From Selaginella moellendorffii (lineage: Eukaryota; Plantae; Lycopodiophyta), in assembly GCF_000143415.4 (NCBI RefSeq), contig NW_003314334.1:513614-577613 (forward strand): 64,000 bases of DNA, in the 5' to 3' direction. The position numbers and the translations under genes were made by a program. The notes under the pieces are model-generated. The model was not told the DNA's origin. It was given only the letters and a program-made list of their open reading frames with translations, and searched no databases. Below are positions 20,985 through 34,361 of the stretch, one piece after another. Numbering within the stretch: the first letter of the stretch is position 1; every line of letters begins with the position of its first letter.

Positions 20985-23640
20985 ATGGAGTGGACGGCGA
21001 GGCAGTATCTGGAGGTCCAGGGAGCCGAGGGCGATGGGGCTCGGCCACAGTGTGGAGCATTTCATCACTCTCAGGCGCTCTTCGCGGCTGCGGTCGGGCA
21101 ACACATCACTGGTGAGATTTCCGAGCTAAATTCTCCGAATTGACGCGAGGATTTCGCGTGATCCGGAAATTTTACTAAGAATGTGAGAGGGTTGGCTGAT
21201 GATGGTGAATTTTCTTGCAGAGTTTGATGCTCTCACGGGCTGTAAGCTCTCAATATTGGAGCTTTGGCATATAGTACTGCTGGCGGGCATGTAATTGTCA
21301 CAGTTCTAGGGGTATGATACAGCTCTCGGCATAGACCTTTTTCCTCCCAGGATCATTAAGTCGTGGGATCGATACCGAGCACACGACCAAGAAAACAGAC
21401 AGGATCTCAGAAGAGATGGAGATACACATTGCTCTGACACCACTTCGACCGTGGCTGTTGTTTGGAACGTATCGGCGTTCAAGTGTAAATGGTGAGTCTT
21501 TTTCTTGTATCAAGATAAACTATTTGATGCGTCACGTTTGGTTGTAGTTGTGGGGACAATAGAAGGTGCCAAACCAGCGACCATTATTAAGACGGATCTG
21601 GAAAAGCCAGTCACTGGCCTTGCTTGCCATCCAAGAAGTCCTCTTCTGGTACCTACATCTTTGCTTTAGATTAGTTCGCATTTTTGCTAATTCGGATCTG
21701 TTTGGACAGTTCGTTGCGTCTGCCGAAAGGCTTATTCGGGCATATCACATACAGTCTCTCTCCGTGCAGTATATTTTGCAGAGTATGTTCCTTCTATGTC
21801 TTTCATTAGACAGTTTGTAACCGAACCATTTTTGCAGTTGATATGTCAATGAAACTAGTTGGAGCAGGAGCGATTGCGTTTCATCCGACATTAGAATGGG
21901 GTTTTTGTTGGCAACAGAAGCGGCACACTAATAGCATGGGACGTCTAAGTCCCAACACAACCAGTATGATTGGGATGTAAGTACAAGTCTCCCGGTTTGC
22001 TTCAGGATGCTAAATGTTCATTGAACTTGGCAGCACTCAAGCGGGTTCAAATCCAATTTCAGCTCTTGCCTGGCATTCTATGTTGCGGTTACTTGTGACT
22101 CTTTCAAAGGATGACATGGTGCAGGTGTGGAGGACGAGGGTCATTCTAAGTTCGAATAAGCATCCCATGCGTGCGAACATCTTTCAGTCTGCAGGTAACA
22201 TTATACTGGTTATTCACTATAGGGATAGTTTTATTAAGTCGTCCTTGTTTTCTTTTTCTTCTAGGCATTCAAAGTTTGTATGTTGCTATGGTTCTGGCTC
22301 AATGTAGCGGTGACACTATATATCCTTTCTCGAAGTTCACTGATTTTCTCTTACATCTGATGCTGAATATGGCAACAGTATATAATGGATTCCTTACGTC
22401 AAGCTAAACCTTGTCCTTATAGAGCAACAGTAGGAAAGAGAAGCGAGAAGAAGGGCATCAGCTGTGTCGAGAGAAGCTATTCTCTGTGCTACAAACTGTG
22501 AGGGGCTCTCAAGGTTGGTTTTAGCATTTGTAAGCATGACCTTGAGCTAAGATTTAAGATCTGTTTTTGAAGGAAAAACGTGCACTTTTGGGCTCGGCTG
22601 GCATTCTTCCCGATTATCAGCTGCAGATGCAATTGATCAGATACAGTAATCACGTCCTCAACAGCATGACAATGTCCGACTTTGTGCTGCAGATCGCATT
22701 GTCGGACAGTTACTTGAATTGTAAAAATGTGGCTACCCCGAGTAGCCTTGGAACAGAACCAAATGATAATTGAATATGCCTTCTTAAGAAGTGAAGAACA
22801 CAAGGTCTTGTCGCAACGGCTGAACAAAACCAGAAATTAGTTTGTCGTCAAATACCTTAAGGTTTAGTACCTGGCAGACAGGGAGATCACGNNNNNNNNN
22901 NNNNNNNNNNNNNNNNNNNNNNNNNNNNNNNNNNNNNNNNNNNNNNNNNNNNNNNNNNNNNNNNNNNNNNNNNNNNNNNNNNNNNNNNNNNNNNNNNNNN
23001 NNNNNNNNNNNNNNNNNNNNNNNNNNNNNNNNNNNNNNNNNNNNNNNNNNNNNNNNNNNNNNNNNNNNNNNNNNNNNNNNNNNNNNNNNNNNNNNNNNNN
23101 NNNNNNNNNNNNNNNNNNNNNNNNNNNNNNNNNNNNNNNNNNNNNNNNNNNNNNNNNNNNNNNNNNNNNNNNNNNNNNNNNNNNNNNNNNNNNNNNNNNN
23201 NNNNNNNNNNNNNNNNNNNNNNNNNNNNNNNNNNNNNNNNNNNNNNNNNNNNNNNNNNNNNNNNNNNNNNNNNNNNNNNNNNNNNNNNNNNNNNNNNNNN
23301 NNNNNNAAAAGAGGAGTAACCGGGGCTTGTTCGCATACTGACCTGGCCGTAAGCTGTAACTATTATGGCAGTAGCACACATGCCATAATATTGACACTTA
23401 CGTTATTTTGTTTGAAACATGGGATCCAAGAGAATTCTACGTCATTTAGACTCTTGCGTGATCTCCCTGTCTGCCAGGTACTAAACCTTAAGGTATTTGA
23501 CGACAAACTAATTTCTGGTTTTGTTCAGCCGTTGCAACAAGACCTTGTGTTCTTCACTTCTTAAGAAGGCATATTCAATTATCATTTGGTTCTGTTCCAA
23601 GGCTACTCGGGGTAGCCACATTTTTACAATTCAAGTAATA
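20985..23640 (+). pseudogene. 5' part of a TPLATE-complex WD40 subunit (TWD40-1-like), disrupted
   Basis: MEW...AFHHSQALFAAAVG, EFDALTGCKL, IKTDLEKPV...ACHPR, AFHPTLEW, GTLIAWDV*, LVTLSKDDMVQVWRTRV, GSAGILPDYQLQ, RDLPVCQ|PLQQDLVFF; introns retained, frameshifts and stops, truncated, spans an N gap. Confidence 0.8.
22710..23638. repeat. 182-bp inverted repeat flanking an assembly gap (arms 22710-22891 and 23457-23638)
   Basis: Arms are reverse complements with one visible mismatch (TCGCAAC vs TTGCAAC); the left arm runs into Ns at 22892. Confidence 0.92.
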
Positions 23641-23799
23641 AATTCCAAGTCCTTGAGGTGTAATATTTACAAAAATGTTTTCTCCTACCTTAAGCACAAA
23701 GCTCGAACTTTATCGCATGTGGCTCTTGACCTTAAGTGCCTGTGTAACACAACTTTACAGCCAATTGAACTCAATGAGATGGAAGCACGGGTGATTCTT

Positions 23800-24950
23800 C
23801 GTCTTCATTGTTACCAGCGAGGGCGTCTTTGTCCCTGTAGACTATCTGAAAGCCACCACCAACGCCATGATTTAGGCTGTCGATCGGAGCCTCACGGGTC
23901 CTCCACGTCCAGAGAGACGTGATTAAACACGAGCTGACACGCCATCATTCTCCTCCAGACGAGAGCATACAGCTGCAACGCATTCTGCTCCAAAACATTC
24001 GCCAGGTCCGATGGAAGACTCTTGATGCCTGTCGGTCTCGAGTTGGACCAAAACTTCCGAGGACAGTGTTCTTGCCATATCTCTCTTTTGAATGCTCTCG
24101 ATGGCTTGAGCCGGACCGTCCTCCAACCTTGCTTCCAAAAAGATGCTCGTGGTGCAGAAGCTTTACGATGCCGGAAAGCTCACTTGCCCGCCGGATAAAT
24201 CTCTGCGTCCACGTTCCAGTAAAGCTCTTGATCTCCTCCACCAGAGCAGCGGATTTGCTCGCGTCCACAAACTCCTGGCTTATCTTCCGGGTTCACTTCC
24301 TGTCTACTCTGTCTGATTCAGAAACTAGAACCATCCCCTGTGCTCCCTTGAGTGCTGTTTTGATCCGGCTGGCGAGTACTTCCAACGCCTCTCACATTTC
24401 TCAGCTTGCAGCTCCCGTGTTCCGTCTTCGCAATTGACAACTTCCACCTGAGCGAGAGAAGAAAAGCGTTCTTTTTTCTCCCTGTGCGTATAGAAAACAT
24501 CTGACGAGGAAGATCTTACCTGTGATGTCAATTGAGACTATAACGTGTTCCTCGAAGTCGGCCATTGCTTGGAGTGTGCGTCGTCCTCCCCTCCAAGTTA
24601 CCAAAGTCTTGGAGTCAGCAAGGACAGGAAAGCTGATAAGAGCAAACCTCGACGCAAAGGATTGCTTCCACCCAAAGCTGTGCATGCAAACGAGTGTCAC
24701 GGCTTGCAAGTGTTGATTCGCAAGGAAAGTTTCTCATCTCAGGAAGAAGTCACCACAACTTCGTGAAAACGCACAGAGATCGTCTGCCATCAGTTTGGGC
24801 CACCACGCCTCAAACACGCTCTCGGTTTTGGAGCGCTTCTGGTGTTCTCTTCCTGGTACGTCTCTATCGTTTTGGCCTTGGCAGGAGATTCCCCCACTGC
24901 CACCACCTTTCCCGTGAGAGCAGCCCGTTGTTCTATCGTCTCTTTCGAGG
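23800..24950 (-). pseudogene. Shredded bacterial-type (organellar) DNA topoisomerase IA, copy C
   Basis: GKVVAVGESPAKAKTIETY (TOPRIM), VRFHEV, SAALVEEIKSF / YWNVDAEI, KERYGKN, RPTGIKSLPSDLANVLEQNALQLYALVWRRMMACQL (24038-23931), GFQIVYRD, in the correct order across several frames. Confidence 0.8.
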
Positions 24951-24959
24951 AGTCGATGG

Positions 24960-26060
24960 CAGTTGATACTCGTTGATCGTTTGTGATCTGTTGAAGGATA
25001 AGTCTCTTGGAGTAACGCTTGAGGATAGTCGATCTCAAGGTCTTGAAGGCCCTCCACGTAGTATCACAATGTCGTGGGAACGAAATGGAGTTCATCAAAG
25101 GAATCCTGGATGAGGACCAAACATTTTCAAAACCAATATTACATTTAGAAGAACTTACTTGGCCAATTTCTTCTTGGTGGAAATCTACAATAGCCTTTAG
25201 AAACTGTGTCGCACGGACGACCAGCTGCTTTGCATTATTGGAAACGTCACTTCAAAGATCTTCATTGTCATGCTTGAGCATGCCTGTGAAGAATCAGAGG
25301 TGAAAAACAGTCCAAGATGTAGAGAAAAGAAAAGTTGCAGAAGCACACACCTTGCCCAATGCTGCTGAGCCCAAAGGCAGAGCGATTTGTGGAGCTGCAC
25401 AAGTCGACTGTCACTAGCTTCGCTGCGTCAAAGTTCTCAGCACCAACGTGAGAAGAGATATACAACTGTGCCATGTCCGGCGAGACGTCCATCAATCATC
25501 ACACCAGTAAAAGTGAATTTTGCAATTGGTCCTGTTCTACCTGCCATAACTTGTTCGTCCATGATCTCTTACCACCCTTGTCTCTTGAAAACTCCCAGGC
25601 ACCAGGTCGATCCAGTTCTCGAATTCTGGAACTCCAACTTCAACACCAGCTCCACGCCTTGTCCCAGGTACCTGAGAGCAGCCAAACCGGTGTGTCCTCC
25701 CATTCGTAACTCTTGCGCAGGTGAGAGCGTCTTGCATCTTCTACTTGGCTTCATTGCTTTCACCATGTGACATCTTGTTTCGTTCCTTCTTCTTTGCAGC
25801 GTTGGCAGTGTCACTGGGCTTATTTTCCACAGCCAATCACCGTCTGCTTGGATCTGGCATTTTTCTTATCTTTTGCTGGTGTCAGTCTCACATTAGAGAT
25901 TCATCACATTCTCAGCCCCATCTCTACTGTTAGCGGAAGAATAAGCATGGATTTGTGCCAATCGCCCATCACCACTGGCTCTCCCTCCCCAAAATCCCAC
26001 ACGATATCCTACCTGAGCCAATGGAAGCAACTGAGAACGAGCTTGAGAGCTTCCATTCTA
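24960..26060 (-). pseudogene. Shredded topoisomerase IA, copy B
   Basis: Shares 5' segments with copy A (25830-25880 vs 29589-29638; 25922-26030 vs 29828-29915); SPA...RYLGQG remnant; otherwise heavily decayed. Confidence 0.55.
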
Positions 26061-26194
26061 CTTGTTACTAGTCGATGATTCGATGGAGCACGTCAAGGCT
26101 AAACAACATTTTCATCCACAAGCCTTAACCCCTCGTAAATATGCTTGTATACCCCTCGTAAATATGCTTGTATATATGCTTCAAATATGCATGT

Positions 26195-28428
26195 TTATAT
26201 AAGTGAAATTAACAAAATAGTGAAGCCAAGTGTAAATGCCCACAATGACACATTTTCTTGCCACCAGTTGTTATTGCTGTTGAAGTGCTCATAAACCACC
26301 AAGGTGGAATTGCTATTGCGGAGACACTCTTTGTCAAATGGCTTTCCACATAAGCCTAAATTTCCCAAATAACTCAACTTGTCAAATGTGCTCATCTGCC
26401 TGGGGCCAAATGGAATCTTGCCCTCTAGCCTGTTGAATGAAAGATTAAAAAATCACAGTGAATGAAGTTCTTGAAGCATGTTGGGGATGGGTCCACTAAT
26501 ATTGTTGAAAGAGAAGTCCAACTGCTCTATCTGTACCATCTTGCCTAGAGTTTAGGGAATGTTTCCAGAAAAGTGATTATTGGAGAGATTGAGGATGTGG
26601 AGTCCAACCAATTCACCCAAACTTGAAGGAATCACTCCTATCAATTGGTTGGATGACAGATCAAGGATGGTATTTGATGGATCGAAATATGGAAATTCCT
26701 GTTCTCTTCTTTTCACCATAAGCATTAATGGTCTCCATTGTGGAGAATTATGATTGTCATATTTGAATCCACCTAATTGGCTTATAGACCCTGAAAGACA
26801 TCCTTCAAACTTGTTGCGTGAGAGGTCAAGGACATGAAGCTTGGTCATGTTCCACAACCAATCAGGTATTGGTCCATGCAAGTTGTTTCCACCCATGCTC
26901 AACATTGAGATTTTTGAAATGTGAAAGAAATGAAAGAATTTTCCAAAAACATTTGTTATCACTGATGATAATGTACCATATTCGTTGTGATAGAGTTTCT
27001 GGTAGCTCACCTTCAAATTTGTTAAATTTGTTATGTGAGAGTGAAATATATTCAAGACTTGTCATGTTTTTGAAGACATCTGCAGCAAGCTTTCCACTCA
27101 AAGAGTTATCATCAACCCGAAAAAATAATAGATGAGTGCAGTCCTTAAGCCAATTTGGCAAACTCCCAACTAATCCATTACCGCTCACATCCAAGAACCG
27201 CAAAGCACATGAAAACCCAGGACTAACTCTTGGGCATTTCCTCAGTGAGCATGTTCTCTGCCAAATTTAGGAGGTGCACCTCCCTTGAAATGGGTGGCAT
27301 ATGTCCGTTGAATCTGTTCCGTGATAGATACAATTCTTGAATTGAAGTTGTTGTCAAGAAATTTGGTAAGGTGGCATTTAAGCTGTTGTTATGCAAGTCA
27401 AGATTCGATAGCTGCCTTAAGTTCATTGGTATAGCACCAGTCAACAAATTGCTACCCAAAGAAAGGTCACTTAAATTTGATAAATGCTCCACGCTAGTTG
27501 GTATATTACCCGTGAACCTGTTATTGCTAAGGTCAAGGTTCGTTAGTCCTCCCATTTGTCCTAAGCTGACTGGTATGTTGCCACAAAACATGTTGTAACT
27601 CAGATCTAAACTCTGGCGATTACTTGAATATGATGGAATATCACCTGATAGAAAGTTGTAGGACAAATCCAGAATTCTAAATTGAACACCAAGTTGTGGT
27701 GGTAATGAGCCTGTCAAGGAGCAATCTATTAGAGAAAGCTCCTCCAAATGAGTCGAGTTCCATATTTCTTTTGGGATTGGCGCAGTACCATTCAAATGCC
27801 TCAAAGACAAAACTTTGAGATGAGGTGGAAGTGCTATAAAACCTTCAAAAATGTTATGAGCATGAATGTATATCTCCTCCAGCTTACTGCAGTTACCAAG
27901 CTCCTCAGGAATTGACCCAAAAATATAGCCAAAGGAAATTTCAACATGACGTAGGTTTGTTAGCTGCCCAATTGACCTGGGTATTCCTCCAATAGCAATG
28001 TCAGCCCAAATAACTTCGAGCGATGATAAATTGCCAATAAATTCCGGAATTTCACATGGCAAATACAACGTTTTCAGTTTCTTCATCATTCCAAACTCTT
28101 TTGGTAGAGGGCCAACCAGGTTATTCAAAGAGAGGTCAAGCACCTCCAGATTTTTCAACCTGGATACTTCCGGACTGATTATTCCTTCGAGATTGAGACC
28201 CCCCAAATCGAGCATTATAACGTGACCAGTAACATTACTGCAGGTCACTCCTTCCCAGGACACACAGAGATTGTGAGAATTTTCCATTGTCCAGCCGGAT
28301 AGAGCAGTGTGATTTGATAAACCTCCTTTAAACGCAAGCAAAGCCTGGAGCTCATACATTTCCTATGCCTGTATACAAGCTGAAATGCCGAGCATAACAT
28401 AAGCACCAAGAACAAGAGCCCCTCCCAT
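26195..28428 (-). pseudogene. LRR receptor-like protein pseudogene
   Basis: Signal peptide from ATG 28428 with an in-frame TAG at codon 22; LRRNT, LRRs, island, YLGNLGLCGKP cap and TM segment split over several ORF fragments by stops and frameshifts. Confidence 0.9.
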
Positions 28429-28679
28429 GCCTGCAATGAACTAAATCTCTTCTCTTCTCTTTGCCACGAAGCTCTGCTCGAAATGCTTTCCTTTTTATGC
28501 CGAGCAACCTTGGCATGTAAAAAACGCATGGGCCGGAAAGCGCTCATGCAGTCTTCGTCAGTCTTCATCGTCCAAAATGCATGTGCCCATATAGGGATAG
28601 GACTTTCAAACTATTAAGAAAAAACAGGCTTTGGAAACATTAGTGATTCGCAAAGCCAGATTTGTTTTACATCATGTGA

Positions 28680-29928
28680 CAGGAGGAGGAAAAAAATGAA
28701 GTTCCTTACTCACCTTGCAACAATCTTCCTTCGTTTCACAAAAATGTGCAGCGCCATCTTTCTTCCAACTTTTGATCCTTTGGGACATAAATCGAGTAGG
28801 CTTCTTCCAGATGTAACACCCAAACCTCCCAATCCCGATCATCACCGGCTTTCCTTTCGGATCCACTCCAGCTCCTTGGGATACTCGAGTGAGGGTACCC
28901 GAGAGCATAAACTATGACGTCATTACATTGGAGACGGCCATGCAGCTGATGGACCCTCCTTGTACAAGACGGAAGTCCCATGGTGGAATCGAAAACTTTG
29001 CTCCTGGATTTCACCACCGGCGAGCCGCACTCTTCCTCTTCCTCGTCGTTGTTGTAGTGGCACGAATGATAGCGATTACAGCCGAGGAAGTATCTGGGTC
29101 TAAACTTCGTGAGCTTGAGCTTTCCGGTGTGGCAATTAGGGTGTGTTGCTGTAGAGAGGATGTGATGTATGGGCCCGGAGCATTCCTTCATTCTTCATGC
29201 CGTGGACTTTGAGGGAGCTCTTTGAGATGTAGTTGGCAGCAGGAACAGCAGTGAGCGAGAACTGATCCAGTTCGTCGCCGTTGTAGCTCACAAGCCGTGC
29301 CGGAAAGCTCATGCTGGAGAAATCTCTGCGTCCACCGTCCGGTACTCTCGAGGAGCTCTCGATCTCCTTCTCCCGGCCAGCCACAGACTGGACCCTTTCA
29401 GCGGATTTACTAAGTTCCTTCTTCATGATAGCTTCGAGCTTAATCGTCTCAAGAATGTGCCAGGCGATGGCTTCTACTCCTTCAGCCTTCTTCTTGCTTC
29501 TTGAGGACTTACTTCGAATCTCCACCATCTTTTCATCCCTTGGGAGGCTTCTTTGCGGCATTTGTAGTGCCGCTGGGCTTTTGTTCCACAGCCACCGGTT
29601 GCTACTTGGATCTGGCATTTTTCTTATCTTTCCCTGGCGGATCCTGGTTCTCTTCTTGCGGCTTTGCTGTCCGTTTAGATTTTCTCGCAGGAGGCTTCTT
29701 CATCACATTGTCGGCCTTTCGCAGTCGAGGCTTTCAAAGCCACTCCTTTCTTCCCTTTCCTTCGAAACCATCTTCTAGTGCCTGACTGTTAGCAGAAGAG
29801 CATGCAATCCAATCCCCCTGGCTGGAATCTACTGCTAGCGGAAGAGCACGGGTTTTAGGCCCGCCCGATCTAATTCCCCTGGCTCGAAAATCCCATCTGG
29901 GGCAATGGAAGGCAGGAATGCCGAGCAT
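28680..29928 (-). pseudogene. Shredded topoisomerase IA, copy A
   Basis: EGVEAIAWHI (DREGEAIAWH motif), KSAERVQSVAGREKEIE (SAGRVQ motif), zinc-ribbon remnant PNCHTGKL...YFLGCNRYHSCHY, C-terminal repeat YPKE.GVDPKGKPVMIGIGRFGCYI. Confidence 0.8.
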
Positions 29929-30251
29929 ACCAGCCGTGAGAACAGGAAACTCTTGCCGCTAATGCGTTACGAGGCGCGCAGTGGATAAACCCTAAGCCCT
30001 AGGGCCGTTGGATTTTAATCACTTGGATGGAATGTGGTGTACTGGCCAACCTGAGCGGTGACGAAGGTGCCCCAATCAGTACTTAGTCATGTCAAGTGGT
30101 TACGAGGACGATGAGGAACATGGAGAGTGAGAATGGTTTCTTTGGAGGTGAGAGTTATTGGATTTAACTCTTTGAGATTGACTATTCTCTGATCACGAAA
30201 AAGCCATTTAAACAAAGAATAATGTTGTAGCCTTTCAACGTGATTGCGTAT

Positions 30252-30336
30252 CCGACTTTAGCTCAGTTGGCAGAGCGGAGGACTGTAATGTGTTGCAGAT
30301 ATCCTTAGGTCGCTAGTTCGAATCTGGCAAGTTGGA
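30252..30336 (+). tRNA. tRNA-Tyr(GTA) with 12-nt intron (30289-30300)
   Basis: CCGACTT/AAGTTGG acceptor stem, TAGCTCAGTTGG A box, GAGGA-CTGTAA...TCCTT anticodon arm, GTTCGAATC B box, T-run terminator at 30341. Confidence 0.9.
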
Positions 30337-30540
30337 TCTATTTTATTTTGGCCATGTTTTATTGCTTCGTGGCACATGTTTCTAGGGTTTTGTGCTGGAG
30401 CTATACTGGATTAGGGTTTGCGGAGCGCGGAGCTCCGACGCGGCGAGGGGGATTCCAATGCGGAATTTGATCTGAAATTCGAGCTGAGGGAGTAGGTTTC
30501 TAGATTTAGATCGAGGATTTCGGTGTCGCGGCGGGCAGCC

Positions 30541-33500
30541 ATGGGCCTGGACATGCCGAAGATGCATCTGTTTCGGTCCGAGGATATGACGCTTGTGCAG
30601 CTCATCATCCCGGTGGAATCGGCCCACGGCACGCTCACGCATTTGGCGGAATTGGGAGCCCTCCAATTCAAAGATGTAAGGATTTGATAGAATGAGCTGA
30701 GGGATTGGAAGATTTCACGTTATTTGATGTGTTCTTGCAGCTTAACCCGGAAAAAAGCCCCTTTCAGAGAACTTACGCTAACCAGGTTTGTTCTCATTCA
30801 TTTCGACGTATATATCTGTAAGTCGATGACTATGTTGTATTTCAGGTGAAACGCTGCGATGAGATGCTTCGCAAACTCCAGTACTTCTCGGACCAGCTCC
30901 AAAAATCAGGACTCGCACCGACGCCGTCGGCTGTAGAGAGCGATCTCAACTTCGATGAGTTGGAGGTATGAGCAATGGAATGCCTACCCCTTATTTTCCT
31001 TTCTTTTAATTTTGGCACGACATTTACAGGTGAAAATCAATGAACTGGAGCCAGAATTCAGGGAAGTGAACTCCAACCTCGAGAAGTTGAAGCGCACCCG
31101 CAATGAACTTACGGAGTTCCTTCTCGTGCTGGACAAGGTACGCCATAGCGTGTGTAATTCTAAATGGTGATGTCAACTTCGTGCAGGCCGGTGCATTTTT
31201 TGAGAGTGCGCGTCAAAATGCAAATTCGCAACAGAGGGAGGACGAGTCGATCAGTGGTGGCGAGTCTATTGAGAGTCCGCTGCTAGAACGGGTAATTTTT
31301 GTGTTTCAGTGTTGTGATTATCTTATCGACTTACTGCAGGAAATGCAAGTCGAGCCCAGCAAAAAACTAAAAGTCGGGTTTATCGCTGGCGTTATTCCAA
31401 AACATAAAGCCAACCAATTCGAGCGTATCATCTTCAGAGCCACTCGTGGCAATATGTTTTACAAATGCGTACCACTTGACGAGCGAGTTAGTGATCCTGC
31501 CACCGGCGACCAGGTGTGTTGCTAATGCTGTGATAATCGTCTTGTTCTAACTATGAGCCTCACTCAGGTGGAAAAAGTCGTGTTTTTGGTCTTCTTTTCC
31601 GGTGAAAGATCACGTACCAAAATTTTGAAGATTTGCGATGCTTTTGGAGCCAACCGGTACCCTTTCCCAGAAGAAACTCTTAAAAGACGTCAAATGAGAA
31701 TAGAGGTTTGGCTGCGCGTATCATAACTTGATTTAACGTGATTACTGTTGGCAGGTTTCAGCCAGACTGTCTGAGATGCAAACAACTCTCGATGTTAGTA
31801 GTGACCATCGGGAAACCGTGCTGAAAACAATAGGCTATCAGCTGGAACTCTGGCTCGAAATGGTTCTGAAAGATAAATACGTTTATAATGCGCTAAACAT
31901 GCTGAGTATGGACGTGACGAGCAAGTGCCTTGTTGGTGAGGCTTGGTCTCCGTTGGGGGCTTTACCACGCGTAAGTGATTTAATTTTATATTTGCTTCTT
32001 TCCAGTTCTCAGCTTTCTTGGCTACTCAGATCCAAGACACATTGCGATATGCAACAGTTGAAACGAACTCGCAAGTCACAACCATTTTCCAAGTTCTTCA
32101 CACAAAGGAGGCTCCACCAACGTATTTCCAAGTTAATAAATTCACGTCAGCCTTCCAGGAAATCGTGGATGCATATGGGTAAGATTGTGAACCATTATTG
32201 GCTGACAAAAGTCTTATGGTCTTTTGGCCTCCAGTGTTGGAAGATATCAAGAAGCAAACCCGGGAGTTTTCACCATCGTGACATTTCCATTTCTATTCGC
32301 GGTCATGTTTGGGGACTGGGGTCACGGAATTGTCTTGCTCCTGGCAACTCTCTGGCTGCTTGTAAACGAGAGGAGACTTGGAAGTCAGGTTCGTTTGGTT
32401 TTCCTCTTCTTCAGTCTTTTATTCTGAGCTTAAAAACAGAAACTGGGAGACATCATGGAAATGGCATTTGCCGGTAGATACGTGCTGCTTCTCATGTCTC
32501 TTTTCTCAATCTATACGGGCTTCATCTACAACGAATTTTTCTCTGTACCTTTCGAAATATTTGGACGCTCTGCATACAAGTGTGAAACTCCGTCTTGCAG
32601 GTATATATCTTTCTACCATGTCGAGCTCTCTTTCTTACCGCTTTTTTTCTAGTGAATCTACCACAGTAGGCTTGGTAAAATACCGTGATAGGCCTTATGC
32701 GTTCGGCGTGGATCCTGTTTGGCATGGCAGTCGCAGCGAGTTACCTTTTTTGAATTCTTTGAAGATGAAGATGTCCATTATTCTTGGAGTCGCTCAGATG
32801 TTGCTGGGTATCGTTCTCAGTTTGTTCAACGCTGTATACTTCGCTCAGCCGCTCGATATCTGGTAAGCTCGTGAGATTGTCCAAACAGTAGTTCTAAAAT
32901 TCTTTACTTTGCAGGTTTCAGTTTATACCGCAGATACTTTTCCTCAGCTCGCTCTTCGGCTACCTATCCTTTCTAATAATTCTAAAGTGGATCACCGGAT
33001 CGCAGGCCGACTTATACCATGTCATGATTTATATGTTTCTAGGCCCGACAGATGACCTGGACGGGAATCAGCTGTTTGCGGGCCAGAAGTACTTCCAGGT
33101 ATTGTCGTCGAGTTTGTTTTTCAGTTCGGTTTTGTTGAGCTTGTCAACTTGCACAGCTGGCGCTGCTGTTTATTGCGCTGATATCAGTTCCTTGGATGCT
33201 TCTTCCAAAACCATTGATTCTCCGAAAGCAACACCTCGAGGTGCTTTTGCGCTTGTTGGATGTCTTGTTCCTCATTATTGTCTTTGGCAGAAGACGCAAG
33301 GAGAAGGCTACGCCGGCCTTGAAGAGCATCCGGACGAAGAGCATGAAGAGTTTGAGTTCAGCGAGATTTTCGTACATCAGTTGATACACACGATCGAGTT
33401 TGTGTTGGGGGCTGTCTCAAACACCGCATCGTATCTTCGTCTGTGGGCATTGAGGTAACAATCCCGACTTCCGGCGACTTTGGGAAGCCTCCTGACACGT

Positions 33501-33837
33501 TTTTCTTCGTTGCAGTTTGGCCCATGCAGAACTTTCGGCCGTGTTTTACGAGAAAGTGTTGCTGCTCGCCTGGGGGTAAGTATAAGATCGCTGCCATCTT
33601 TCGAATATTAAAATCTCTGTTCATCGCAGGTATCAAAACATCTTCATCATATTGATTGGCTTCATCGTGTTCGTGTGCGCCACGGTTGGCGTTCTGCTGG
33701 TAATGGAAACATTGAGCGCATTCCTCCACGCGCTTCGTCTCCACTGGGTGGAATTTATGAACAAGTTTTACGTTGGCGACGGCTACAAATTCCAACCTCT
33801 ATCGTTTGTGAATCTGGGCAAGGAGGACGAGTCATGA
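30541..33837 (+). CDS. VHA-a: V-type proton ATPase V0 subunit a; multi-exon
   Basis: [85 protein letters not shown]. Confidence 0.96.
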
Positions 33838-34084
33838 CAGCACTGTGTTTTGTCAATAACCACATTGGTTGGACAATAAAGCGTGTATAGTATCATTTGC
33901 CATGTAAGGTCCGTTAAATCATAAACTAAAAGATATTTCTTATGCAGACATTTTTTATGAAAAAAAAAAGAGACTAAGACATCATCTTTGCGTTTTCCAG
34001 GAGGACAAAACGGCGGATTGGTCTATATACAGGACCGTACAATATGACAAGAAAAAAAAAAAGAGGAGAGGAGGAACCCTCAGA

Positions 34085-34326
34085 TTACAGTTGTAAAGCC
34101 AAATCTGGCTGCTGGTGTTGCTGCTGCTGCTGCTGCTGCTGATGTTGATGCTGCTGCTGCTGCTGCTGTAAGTTCAGCAAGAGTTGGGATTGAGCCTGGT
34201 GCTGTGGGGACTTCGGAGACTGGAGGCGAACGTTCAAATCCGGAGGAAGCGGTCTCAGCTGCAGCTGATTGTGATGGTGTTGGTGTTGCTGCTGATGATG
34301 CTGTTGTTGCTGGTGAAGGTGGTGAA

Positions 34327-34361
<35 letters not shown>

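Noticed and set aside
26129-26175. Two-copy 23-bp direct repeat ACCCCTCGTAAATATGCTTGTAT
   Set aside because: Simple tandem duplication with no spacer; not CRISPR-like.
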